From NCBI GenBank assembly GCA_021788175.1, contig JAJYKX010000002.1, positions 1 through 39,795 on the forward strand: a stretch of DNA of 39,795 bases, read 5' to 3'. Each line of letters opens with the position of its first letter. Position 1 is the first letter of the stretch. A model generated the notes under the pieces. That model was not told the DNA's origin. It made no database searches and saw only the letters and a list, made by a program, of their open reading frames with translations. A program made the translations under genes and the position numbers. The DNA comes from Chloroflexota bacterium (GTDB taxonomy: Bacteria; Chloroflexota; Limnocylindria; Limnocylindrales; CSP1-4). Positions 32,632-39,795 of the stretch are shown one piece after another.

Positions 32632-33385
32632 GATACGTTCCTCCCTCGTTCAGGTCGCTGCCCGTGTAGTGGGTGAAGACGTCGTCCAGGGTCGCGCCGG
32701 GACCAACCTCCGCCGCAAGCGAGGCGGGCGTGCCCAGGGCGACCAGCCTGCCCAGGTGCATGATCCCGACGCGCTGGCAGAGCTCCTCGGCCTCGTCCAT
32801 GTAGTGCGTGGTCAGGAGGATCGTGGTCCCCTCGGCGTCCCGGAGCCGGCGCACGTGTTCCCAGACGGCCCGGCGGGCCACCGGGTCGAGCCCCACCGTG
32901 GGCTCGTCGAGGAACAGCACCTCGGGCCGGTGCAGCATCGCCTGGGCGATCTCGAGCCGGCGGATCATCCCGCCGGAGAAGGTCCGCACCAGGTTGTCGC
33001 CCACGTCCGCCAGCCCCATGAACGCGAGCGAGTCGTCGATGCGGTCGCGGCGGACCTCGCCCGGGATGTGGTACAGGCGCGCGGACACCGCGAGGTTCTC
33101 CCGCGCGGTCAGCGTCCCGTCGGAGGAGAGCAGCTGCGGGACGTAGCCGATGGCCCGGCGCACCAGCCGCTGCTGCGTCGCCACGTCGTATCCCGCGACC
33201 GTCGCGGAGCCGCTGGTCGGCGGCAGCAGCGTGATCAGCATCTTGATGGTGGTGGTCTTGCCGGCGCCGTTCGGGCCGAGCAGCCCGAAGACCTCTCCCG
33301 GTCGGACCTCGAGGGAGAGCGCATGCACCGCCGTCACGGTGCCGAACCGGCGGGTCAGCTCGTTTGTCTGGATTGCCTGGGGCAT
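32588..33385 (-). CDS. ABC transporter ATP-binding protein (DrrA-like)
   Basis: AGAGGA lies upstream of ATG 33385. Walker A GPNGAGKTT, signature FSGGMIRR, Walker B VLFLDEPT, H-loop LTTHYM. Confidence 0.9.
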   Translation of the reverse strand: MPQAIQTNELTRRFGTVTAVHALSLEVRPGEVFGLLGPNGAGKTTTIKMLITLLPPTSGSATVAGYDVATQQRLVRRAIGYVPQLLSSDGTLTARENLAVSARLYHIPGEVRRDRIDDSLAFMGLADVGDNLVRTFSGGMIRRLEIAQAMLHRPEVLFLDEPTVGLDPVARRAVWEHVRRLRDAEGTTILLTTHYMDEAEELCQRVGIMHLGRLVALGTPASLAAEVGPGATLDDVFTHYTGSDLNEGGTYRDVARTRRTARRLG

Positions 33386-33420
33386 CGAGTCCTCTGTCCG
33401 GCCGCCGTCCCTGCGGCCGG

Positions 33421-33458
33421 GCTAACACTTAAGTCACCTAATAGTCTATCATCGCGTC
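33421..33458. promoter_or_regulatory. AT-rich divergent promoter/operator patch between the MarR gene and the efflux operon
   Basis: The sequence GCTAACACTTAAGTCACCTAATAGTCTATCATCGCGTC stands out against the GC-rich background. It contains the 8-bp palindrome ACTTAAGT (33427-33434). TAGTCT (33442-33447, TANNNT type) lies 11 nt before ATG 33459. TAGACT is present on the opposite strand. Confidence 0.4.
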
Positions 33459-34115
33459 ATGTCTTCGTCCACGGTGCGTGGCTCGGCACGGGCCGCGTCC
33501 GGCGCGGTGCCCGGTGACACTGCAACGCGTTCCGGGCCGCTTGCTGCCGCGGTGGCGCCGGGCCCGGATGACGCGGCGGCCGCGATCCTGGAGGACATCC
33601 CGCTGGTGATGCGCGCCATCCGCGGCCGGATGCGCGAAGGCCGGCCGGCGGGGATGTCGGTTGCGCAGTTCCGCGCGCTCGTCCAGATCCGGCGCAATCC
33701 GGGCAGCGGATTGTCCGAGATCGCCGATCACCTGGGGACCTCCGTCCCGGCGGCCTCCGAGCTGATCAGCCGCCTGGTCCGCGAGGACCTCGTGCGCCGC
33801 GAGACGGACCCGGACGAGCGCAGGAGGATCCGGCTCACCCTGAGCCCGGACGGCGCGGGCCAGCTGGACCTGGCGCAGCAGGCCGCGATGACCTGGCTCC
33901 GGTCCCTGGTGTCCGGGCTGCCGCCGGCGCGCCAGCGCGCGATCGTGCAGGCGCTGGCCGACCTGCGCTCGCTGGTCGAACCGGCCGAGACGCCCTCGTC
34001 CGCCCGGACCGCCGCGTCGGCCGACGGGGCGGTCGCATCCCGGGACGCCGGCCCTGCCGGGCTCGGCGTCGCGACACCTGCGGAGACCGCCGTCGCGACA
34101 ATCGGACGCCCGTGA
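33459..34115 (+). CDS. MarR-family transcriptional regulator
   Basis: The winged-helix block reads MSVAQFRALVQIRRNPGSGLSEIADHLGTSVPAASELISRLVREDLVRRETDPDERRRIRLTLSPDG. The gene is divergent from the ABC/MFS efflux genes. Both termini are low complexity. Confidence 0.85.
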   Translation: MSSSTVRGSARAASGAVPGDTATRSGPLAAAVAPGPDDAAAAILEDIPLVMRAIRGRMREGRPAGMSVAQFRALVQIRRNPGSGLSEIADHLGTSVPAASELISRLVREDLVRRETDPDERRRIRLTLSPDGAGQLDLAQQAAMTWLRSLVSGLPPARQRAIVQALADLRSLVEPAETPSSARTAASADGAVASRDAGPAGLGVATPAETAVATIGRP

Positions 34116-34228
34116 CGGGCCGGCCGGACCTTCAGCCCGGCGCGGCCCCGGACCAGCATCAGCCCGGACACGGCCCCCGGTGGCCGTTCCGCCGCCGACG
34201 GGATCCGCGCCCCCGAGAGGAGGGTGCC

Positions 34229-34825
34229 ATGCCGACGCAGCCGTCCACCCCGCCCGAGGCGCCGGTGCTGGACGACGACGCCACCACCGCGGTGCTCGCG
34301 CTCGCCCGCGAGGCGGTGGAGTCGGCGGTCCGGCGGAAGCCCGCGCCCGTCGTGGATGCCGAGCGTCTGCCGACCGTCCTGCGCGCCCCGGCCGCCGCGT
34401 TCGTCACCCTGCACGAGCACGGCGAACTGCGCGGGTGCATGGGGAACCTTGCGTTCGACCGACCGCTCTGGACGAACGTGCTGGTCGCGGGGGCCATCGT
34501 CCCGCTCGAGGACCCCCGGTTCGTGCCGGTCTCCGAGGCCGAGCTGCCGGACATCCGGCTGGAGGTCTCCGTCCTGGCACCGCCCGTCGAGCTGCCCGGC
34601 CCGGAAGCGTTCGACGTCGACGCACAGGGGATCATCGTCGAGCGGTCCGGGCGCCGCGCCCTGCTCCTGCCGCAGGTGGCCCAGGAGTACGGCTGGGACG
34701 CGGCCCGCACGCTGGACGCCGTCTGCGAGAAGGCGGGGCTCGCCACGGACGCGTGGCGCTGGCCGGGGACCAGGCTCCTCGGGTTCCGCGCGGTGCACGT
34801 CGCGGAGCCCGGGTTCGCGGGCTGA
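34229..34825 (+). CDS. AMMECR1-domain protein
   Basis: GAGAGGAGGG lies upstream of ATG 34229. AMMECR1 motifs: AAFVTLHEHGELRGCMG, DPRFVPV, IEVSVL-like LEVSVLAPP, GIIVERSGRRALLLPQVA. Confidence 0.85.
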   Translation: MPTQPSTPPEAPVLDDDATTAVLALAREAVESAVRRKPAPVVDAERLPTVLRAPAAAFVTLHEHGELRGCMGNLAFDRPLWTNVLVAGAIVPLEDPRFVPVSEAELPDIRLEVSVLAPPVELPGPEAFDVDAQGIIVERSGRRALLLPQVAQEYGWDAARTLDAVCEKAGLATDAWRWPGTRLLGFRAVHVAEPGFAG

Positions 34826-34872
34826 GCCCCGCCCGCCGGGACATCCTCCGGGGCACTCGGCGCGGAGCCCGG

Positions 34873-34878
34873 TATAGT
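34873..34878 (+). promoter_or_regulatory. Candidate -10 box TATAGT
   Basis: The context GGTATAGTGCGCGGCAGG nearly duplicates CGTATAGTGCGGGCAGC at 3585-3601. It lies about 70 nt upstream of the MFS gene start. Confidence 0.35.
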
Positions 34879-34946
34879 GCGCGGCAGGGCGGGTCCGGTG
34901 CCCGATCGCGCCGAGGGACGCCATCGCGGTCCGTGACGCCCGGGAG

Positions 34947-36314
34947 GTGACGAGCACGCTTCGGGGCGAGCACGTCGGCACGGTCGAGGAGGGGGTCGGC
35001 GGGGAGCGCGCCGGCCTTCGATGGCTCTCTGCCCTGACGGCGTACTACCTCGGCCTGTCGGTGACGTGGGGATCGCTGACCACCATCGTGCTGCCGGCCC
35101 TCGTGCAGCAGATCGTCCCGGCCGCGATCAAGACGTCGGCGCTCTCCCTGATCGCCGCCCTCCAGGCGGTGGTGGCGATCGTGGTCCAGCCCATCTCCGG
35201 GTCCGCCAGCGACCGGCTGGTCACGCCGTGGGGCCGGCGGCGCCCGCTGATGGCCGTGGGCGTGACGTTCCAGCTGGCCCTCCTGGTGGTCCTGGCCATG
35301 TCACGCTCGTACCTTGCGATCCTGATCGTGATGCTCTGCATCGAGGTGGCCTCGAACACCGCGCAGGGTCCGTACCAGGGCCTCCTGCCGGACCTGGTCC
35401 CGCACGACCGCCGGGGGCTCGCCTCGGGCTTCCTGGGCGGAGCCCAGATGGTCGGGCAGGTCATCGGCGTCGCGGTGGCCGGCGTCCTCGCCGCGATGGG
35501 GCACGTGGAGGCAGCCGTCATCTTCACCGCCGCCAGCCTGGGGCTCGGGACCGTGATCACGCTCGCCGGCGTCGACGAGCGCAGCGGCCGGGCCGGCGCG
35601 GCGCACCTGCCGCGGGTCCGCTGGGCCGCACCGGAGCTGCGGGCGGTCGCGGACGTGGCCCGCTGGCGGCACGCGGTGCGCGCGATGGTCCTTGAGGTGT
35701 GGGGCCGGGACGTGCTCGAGCAGCGTGACTACCTCTGGCTGCTCGGCTCACGCCTGGCGATCCTGATGGCGACCGGGACCCTCCAGCCCTTCGTCTTCTA
35801 CTACCTGGAGGACTCGATCGGCCTGGGCGGGCGGGCCGGCACCCTGGTGGCGCCCCTGGCGGGCGCGGTGGTCCTGGTGGCGCTGCTGGCCGCGATCCCG
35901 GGCGGCGCCATGACCGATCGCTGGGGCCGCGTGCGCGCCGTCAGCTGGAGTGCCGTCTCCGGGGCGGTCGGCGCGATGGCCTTCGCAGTGGCGCCCTCCT
36001 ACCTGTCGCTGTTCGTGATCGCGATCCCGTTCGGGCTGGCGATGGGCATCTTCCTCTCGGCGGACTGGGCGCTCCTGACCGACGTCGCCCCGCCGGGGGA
36101 GTCGGGCCGCTACCTCGGGCTGTCGAACACGGTGACGGCGGCGTCCGCGGTCCTGGCGGTGGCGGTGGGAGGGCCGCTGGCCGATCTCGTGAACAGCGTG
36201 CACTTCGGCCTGGGCTACCGGGCGGTCTTCGTGCTCGCCGCGGTGGAGTTCGTGATCGGGGCATGGGCGGTGACGCGGGTGCACGAACCGCGTCGCCTGG
36301 CGCGGGAGGCGTAG
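34947..36314 (+). CDS. MFS transporter (12-TM type)
   Basis: About 12 hydrophobic segments. Motif-A-like SDRLVTPWGRRRPLM. GTG 34947 directly abuts GGGAGG, so the start is uncertain. Confidence 0.8.
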   Translation: MTSTLRGEHVGTVEEGVGGERAGLRWLSALTAYYLGLSVTWGSLTTIVLPALVQQIVPAAIKTSALSLIAALQAVVAIVVQPISGSASDRLVTPWGRRRPLMAVGVTFQLALLVVLAMSRSYLAILIVMLCIEVASNTAQGPYQGLLPDLVPHDRRGLASGFLGGAQMVGQVIGVAVAGVLAAMGHVEAAVIFTAASLGLGTVITLAGVDERSGRAGAAHLPRVRWAAPELRAVADVARWRHAVRAMVLEVWGRDVLEQRDYLWLLGSRLAILMATGTLQPFVFYYLEDSIGLGGRAGTLVAPLAGAVVLVALLAAIPGGAMTDRWGRVRAVSWSAVSGAVGAMAFAVAPSYLSLFVIAIPFGLAMGIFLSADWALLTDVAPPGESGRYLGLSNTVTAASAVLAVAVGGPLADLVNSVHFGLGYRAVFVLAAVEFVIGAWAVTRVHEPRRLAREA

Positions 36315-36316
36315 CG

Positions 36317-36955
36317 ATGCGCGGGTCCGACACGGATCGCGCCGCACCGCCGCGGGTCCTCGACCTCGTGCTCACCGCCTGGGAGACCTTCGACCGGACC
36401 CGCCGGCGGATCCGGCCCATGCGCCGTGCCGGGATCCTCGGCCTGGAGCTGGCCCGCCACCGCGGCCGGCCGACCCGACTCGCGGACGGCACGGTGGTCG
36501 GCCCCGGCGACCCGGTGGGCGAGGTGCACATCCTGAACCCGCGGATCCGCGATCTCGAGCGCCGTGCCGGGATCGCCGCCGCGTACCGCGAGGGGCGTGC
36601 CGACATGCGGGCGCTGGCGGCATGGGCGGCGCGGCAACCACCCGACGCTCGTCCGGTGGCCTATCACGCCGAGGGGATCATGGCGCGGCTGGCCGCGCGC
36701 GAGCGGTGGGAGATGCGGCCGCGTCCGCGCACCCCGTGGCGGCGCGTCCAGGACTGGTACTTCCGCTGGCTGCTGGTCCGCTGGAACCCGGGCGGTCGCG
36801 AGCGGCTGCGCCACGGTCGGGGGCCGCTCAGCTCGGTGGACGCGTGGCTCTCCGGGGGCGCGCTGGAGCTGCGCTACGGCGCCGGGGCGGCCGATGCCTC
36901 CGCCGACGCGGGCGATCAGCTGGCCGGCGGGATCTCCGGCCAGAGCCCCGTATAG
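36317..36955 (+). CDS. YkoP-like domain protein (family assignment from memory, moderate)
   Basis: ATG 36317 lies 2 nt after the MFS stop. VLDLVLTAWETFDRTRRRIRPMRRAGILGLELARHRGRPTRLADGTVVGPGDPVGEVHILN resembles the accessory domain found alone or fused to polysaccharide deacetylases. Confidence 0.55.
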   Translation: MRGSDTDRAAPPRVLDLVLTAWETFDRTRRRIRPMRRAGILGLELARHRGRPTRLADGTVVGPGDPVGEVHILNPRIRDLERRAGIAAAYREGRADMRALAAWAARQPPDARPVAYHAEGIMARLAARERWEMRPRPRTPWRRVQDWYFRWLLVRWNPGGRERLRHGRGPLSSVDAWLSGGALELRYGAGAADASADAGDQLAGGISGQSPV

Positions 36956-37224
36956 CGGATCCCCTGGCGAGGCTCGACCATCCAGTCGGCGACGGCGTCG
37001 CGCCAGGCCAGGTAGTGCGCCGTCTCCCGGTGGGCCTGCGCCGCTGCGGCATCGACGTACGCCTCGTAGAAGACGAAGCGCGTCGGGTCGTCGGCCGACT
37101 GCAGGATGTCGAAGCGCAGGTTGCCGGGCTCGCGGACCGAACCCTCGTGGTTGGCCCGCGTGAGCGTGATGAACGCCTCCAGGTGCTCCGGCTTCACGTG
37201 GACGTAGACGATCGTGACGTGCAT
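36916..37224 (-). CDS. Antibiotic-biosynthesis-monooxygenase (ABM) family protein
   Basis: GAGAGGG lies upstream of ATG 37224. 102 aa. The pattern VTIVYVHVKPEHLEAFITLTRANHEGSVREPGNLRFDILQSADDPTRFVFYEAY is typical of the ABM family. Confidence 0.8.
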   Translation of the reverse strand: MHVTIVYVHVKPEHLEAFITLTRANHEGSVREPGNLRFDILQSADDPTRFVFYEAYVDAAAAQAHRETAHYLAWRDAVADWMVEPRQGIRYTGLWPEIPPAS

Positions 37225-37297
37225 CGGACCCTCTCGAGGCGGGGCGCCGGCCCGGGCAGCCGTGGCCGCCGAGGACCGGGAGTCACCCGCAGCATGC

Positions 37298-37663
37298 TCA
37301 CTCGCGCGGCAGCGGACGCTCCTCCAGGGCCACGTCCCAGTGCGCGTCCAGGATCTCGAAGCGGCGCTGCTCCTCGGCCCGGAAGGTGGCCTGGTCCGGG
37401 TAGAGGCGCCGCGCGATCTCCGGTTCGGAATGCTCCTCCATGGCGGCCCAGTCCCGGTACGTGATGGTGACCATCACGTCCCAGTCCGCCCGACCGTCGC
37501 CGTGGAAGCGGGGCTGGTAGAGCCGCACGTCCAGGATCCGGCCGGTCCGCTGCTGCTCGCGGAGGATGGGCCAGTGGTTGCGCAGGAAGAGGTCCAGCCA
37601 CTCGTCGTGATGGCCCCACCGCACGCGGTAGTAGTACGCGGCCGTCACGGGCTTGTCCGCCAT
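37298..37663 (-). CDS. Hypothetical protein, possibly NIPSNAP/dimeric alpha-beta-barrel-like
   Basis: GAAGGAG lies 5 nt before ATG 37663. 121 aa of ordinary composition (YYYRVRWGHHDEWLDLFLRNHWPIL, WDVMVTITYRDWAAMEEH). Confidence 0.65.
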   Translation of the reverse strand: MADKPVTAAYYYRVRWGHHDEWLDLFLRNHWPILREQQRTGRILDVRLYQPRFHGDGRADWDVMVTITYRDWAAMEEHSEPEIARRLYPDQATFRAEEQRRFEILDAHWDVALEERPLPRE

Positions 37664-37734
37664 CCGGTCTCCTTCGGGGTCGGGGATCGTTCGACGAGGG
37701 TCACGCTACCACGCGGGACCGCGGCGTCCCCGCG

Positions 37735-38706
37735 CTACTGCGACCACTCGGTCGGCGTGCGGTCCCAGCGATGGGCACGGAGACGCCCGATCAATCCGGC
37801 GTCGAGGGGGCCGGCCTCCGCGGCGGCGGCGTTCTGGACGACCCGCCCGGGGCTGCGCATGCCGGGGATCACCGTCGCCACGTCCGGGTTCGACAGGACG
37901 AAGCGGAGTGCCATCTCGGCCATGCTCATGCCGGCCGGTACCAGCGGGCGCAGGGCCTCGGCATGGGCGACGCTGTCGCGGAGGTTCTCCGGCACGAAGT
38001 AGGAGTTGCGCCAGTCGCCCTCCGGCCAGCGGCTCTCGAGCGTGAGCGTGCCGGTGAGTGTTCCCTCGTCGAAGGGGACCCGCGCGATCACGGCGACGTC
38101 CAGGCGTCGGCACTCGGGGAAGAGCGCGTCCTCCGGCGCCTGGTCGAAGATGTTGTAGATCACCTGGACCGCGTCGATGAGCCCGGTGCGGAGCGTGCGC
38201 AGGACGTTCTCCGGCTCCCAGCGGTTCACGCTCACCCCGATCGCCCGGACGAGCCCTTCCCGCTTCAGGTCGTCCACGGCGCGCTGCCATCGCTCGTCGC
38301 CGGCCCAGTCGTCCTCCCAGACGTGGAACTGGACCAGGTCCAGCGCGGGCAGGCCCAGGTTGGCCAGGCTCCGCTCCGTGTACTCGCGGATGTGCTCCGG
38401 CGGGAATGCCCGCTCCAGTGGATCGCCGCGGCGGGATGGCCAGCGGCGGTTCAGCGGCGGGATCTTCGTCGCCGTGTAGATGCGCCGGTCTCCGTTCGCC
38501 GCCACCAGCTCGCCGAGCAGCCGCTCGCTGTGCCCGTCCCCGTACGCCCAGGCGGTATCGAAGAACGTGACGCCTCGGTCCACCGCGGCCTGCAGCGCGG
38601 CGCCCGAGCGCTCGTCGTCGGAGCCGGTCCAGCCGGCCATCCCCCACATGCCGTAGCCCAGCTCGCTCACCGCCCATCCGGTCCTTCCGAACCGACGATC
38701 TCGCAT
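37735..38706 (-). CDS. Aldo/keto reductase
   Basis: AAGGAGG lies 8 nt before ATG 38706 (MRDRRFGRTG); the tracked ORF starts 18 nt earlier. AKR motifs: LGYGMWGMAG, FFDTAWAYGDGHSERLLG, IGVSVN, VIPGMRSPGRV. Confidence 0.9.
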   Translation of the reverse strand: MRDRRFGRTGWAVSELGYGMWGMAGWTGSDDERSGAALQAAVDRGVTFFDTAWAYGDGHSERLLGELVAANGDRRIYTATKIPPLNRRWPSRRGDPLERAFPPEHIREYTERSLANLGLPALDLVQFHVWEDDWAGDERWQRAVDDLKREGLVRAIGVSVNRWEPENVLRTLRTGLIDAVQVIYNIFDQAPEDALFPECRRLDVAVIARVPFDEGTLTGTLTLESRWPEGDWRNSYFVPENLRDSVAHAEALRPLVPAGMSMAEMALRFVLSNPDVATVIPGMRSPGRVVQNAAAAEAGPLDAGLIGRLRAHRWDRTPTEWSQ

Positions 38707-38782
38707 GGCGCCTGCCTCCTTCATCTGCCGGGACCCGCCGCGGTGCCTGCTCCCGCCCTGCCGCGACCCTCCGACGCCGGTC

Positions 38783-39433
38783 TCATGTCCGCTTCCGGCG
38801 CGCCGCTGCCACGAGGTGCTCGAGCCCGGGCCGCAGTGACCGGAACGACCCCGGGGCGTGCCGGAGCGACACCAGCAGCGTCAGGCGCGGCTGGGCACCC
38901 CGGAGCTCGAGGAGCACCACGTCGCCGATCTCAGCGATCGCCGGCCCGACCCCGGTCATGGCCGCCAGGCCCTCTGCGTCGTAGGCCGCGGTCGTCATCC
39001 TCCCGGCCGCGCGGCGATGCGTGCCGCCGGCCGCCTCGGCCGCGCGCAGTGCCGCCCGGCCCGTGCGGTGCGTCGCGTCCGCGACCAGGCCGGCGCCGAC
39101 GGGCGGGGCATCCAGCTCGGCCCTGAGGTCGAGCAGGTCACCGCGCCCCTGGATGGCCCATACCAGCCAGACCAGCAGCGCCTCGCGCGGCGCCATCAGG
39201 ATCGTGGCGGTCACGCGGCCGGTGCCGCGCACGGGTGACTGCGCCTCGAGGCGGACGGTCCCCCGGCCCGGGCGCCGGACCACGGGCGGACCGGCCGGGC
39301 CCGTGAGCGCATTCGCCACGCCGCGCGCGAGGAAGCGCATGCGTCGGGCGTTCCAGACGCCGCCGACCGCGTAGCCGCCCACCAGCAGCACCGCCAGCGC
39401 GACGACCACGAGCGTTGCCAGGTTCAAGCTCAC
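38783..39433 (-). CDS. Hypothetical N-terminally anchored protein
   Basis: GTG 39433 has GGAGGG 3 nt upstream. A TM helix starts the protein (LNLATLVVVALAVLLVGGYAV) and the rest has ordinary composition. The upstream part of tracked ORF 38783..39727 runs through a non-coding tandem repeat. An alternative start lies near 39500 (MHRRL). Confidence 0.55.
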   Translation of the reverse strand: MSLNLATLVVVALAVLLVGGYAVGGVWNARRMRFLARGVANALTGPAGPPVVRRPGRGTVRLEAQSPVRGTGRVTATILMAPREALLVWLVWAIQGRGDLLDLRAELDAPPVGAGLVADATHRTGRAALRAAEAAGGTHRRAAGRMTTAAYDAEGLAAMTGVGPAIAEIGDVVLLELRGAQPRLTLLVSLRHAPGSFRSLRPGLEHLVAAARRKRT

Positions 39434-39511
39434 CGCCCTCCGCGACCCCGGCCGGCCGGGCTCCGGTCCATCGGGGCAACAGTAGCGCAGCCGACGGTGC
39501 ATCCCGGGGCC

Positions 39512-39730
39512 GGGACGCGCCGGAACGGCCGCGATGACGCCCCGGCCGCGCACTGCCGATCGGTCGCGGTGACGCACCGCTGCCGGGACGCGCCGGAACG
39601 GCCGCGATGACGCCCGCCGGCCGCGCACTGCCGATCGGTCGCGGTGACGCACCGCTGCCGGGACGCGCCGGAACGGCCGCGATGACGCCCGCCGGCCGCG
39701 CACTGCCGATCGGCCGCGGGGTTGCACGCC
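39512..39730. repeat. 75-bp tandem repeat, about 2.8 copies, intergenic
   Basis: Copy 1 is 39512-39584 (73 bp, with a 2-nt deletion). Copy 2 is 39585-39659 (75 bp). Copy 3 starts at 39660, is identical for 54 nt, then decays toward 39730. Each unit contains the palindrome CCGATCGG and the hairpin GCGGTG-ACG-CACCGC. Confidence 0.9.
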
Positions 39731-39795
39731 TCAGAAGGGCCGGCGATCCTCCTCGGCGGACGGCCAGTAGAGGTGGCGGCCGCTGAGCACGAACG
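39731..39795 (-). CDS. 3' end of an unidentified gene that continues beyond the window
   Basis: The minus-strand reading is ...FVLSGRHLYWPSAEEDRRPF, with a stop (TCA on plus) at 39731-39733. Composition is ordinary and G/C-rich at third positions. It is too short to classify. Confidence 0.3.
   Translation of the reverse strand, partial: FVLSGRHLYWPSAEEDRRPF

Noticed and set aside
39512-39730. Considered whether the 75-bp repeats are a CRISPR array
   Set aside because: The units are directly contiguous with no unique spacers. The unit is far longer than a CRISPR repeat, and no cas genes are present.
1-39795. Looked for mobile elements, prophage remnants, integrases, defence-system nucleases or compositional islands
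   Set aside because: No such genes or terminal repeats were seen. The AT-richer patches are short (20-40 nt) and coincide with intergenic promoter regions rather than with acquired DNA.

Overview
This is a very GC-rich, gene-dense bacterial chromosomal segment; codon usage and the GGAGG-type ribosome-binding sites look actinobacterial. I support 41 CDS, two of them cut by the window edges. I found no rRNA, tRNA, CRISPR array, transposase, integrase or phage genes. Most long ORFs in the six-frame track are Arg/Pro/Gly-rich shadow frames antisense to genes with recognisable domains.

Gene content, left to right:
- ADP-forming acyl-CoA synthetase (5' partial), then a zinc-ribbon protein.
- A hemerythrin-like gene, two tandem GlpP-family antiterminator-like genes, and a sensor-less orphan histidine kinase.
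- A two-gene membrane-protein operon divergent from a ChrB-N-domain protein.
- A PAP2-like membrane protein coupled to mtnP.
- A PQQ-type beta-propeller lipoprotein followed by a BcsA-like GT2-PilZ synthase.
- Two convergent paralogous membrane proteins.
- A YdeP/FdhF-type molybdoenzyme with fdhD and a DUF6457-like gene.
- A HipA-like kinase overlapping a DUF3037 gene, then a HAD hydrolase and an RCK-gated K+-channel homologue.
- An aromatic/aspartate aminotransferase and a GGDEF/HD-GYP protein.
- azlCD, and a same-strand run of three efflux systems next to a divergent MarR.
- AMMECR1, an MFS transporter, a YkoP-like protein, ABM and NIPSNAP-like proteins, and an aldo-keto reductase.

No defence island or mobile element is evident. 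The items most worth a second look are:
1. The GlpP-like pair followed by a promoter-like box, mutually exclusive hairpins and a textbook terminator in front of the orphan kinase.
2. The translationally coupled HipA-like kinase/DUF3037 pair, which has a leaderless-type promoter.
3. A near-perfect 75-bp tandem repeat in an intergenic gap at the right edge.
4. The convergent, apparently internally duplicated membrane-protein paralogues.
5. A K+ channel whose selectivity filter reads TVGFRE.

All family calls come from reading motifs by eye; no searches were run.
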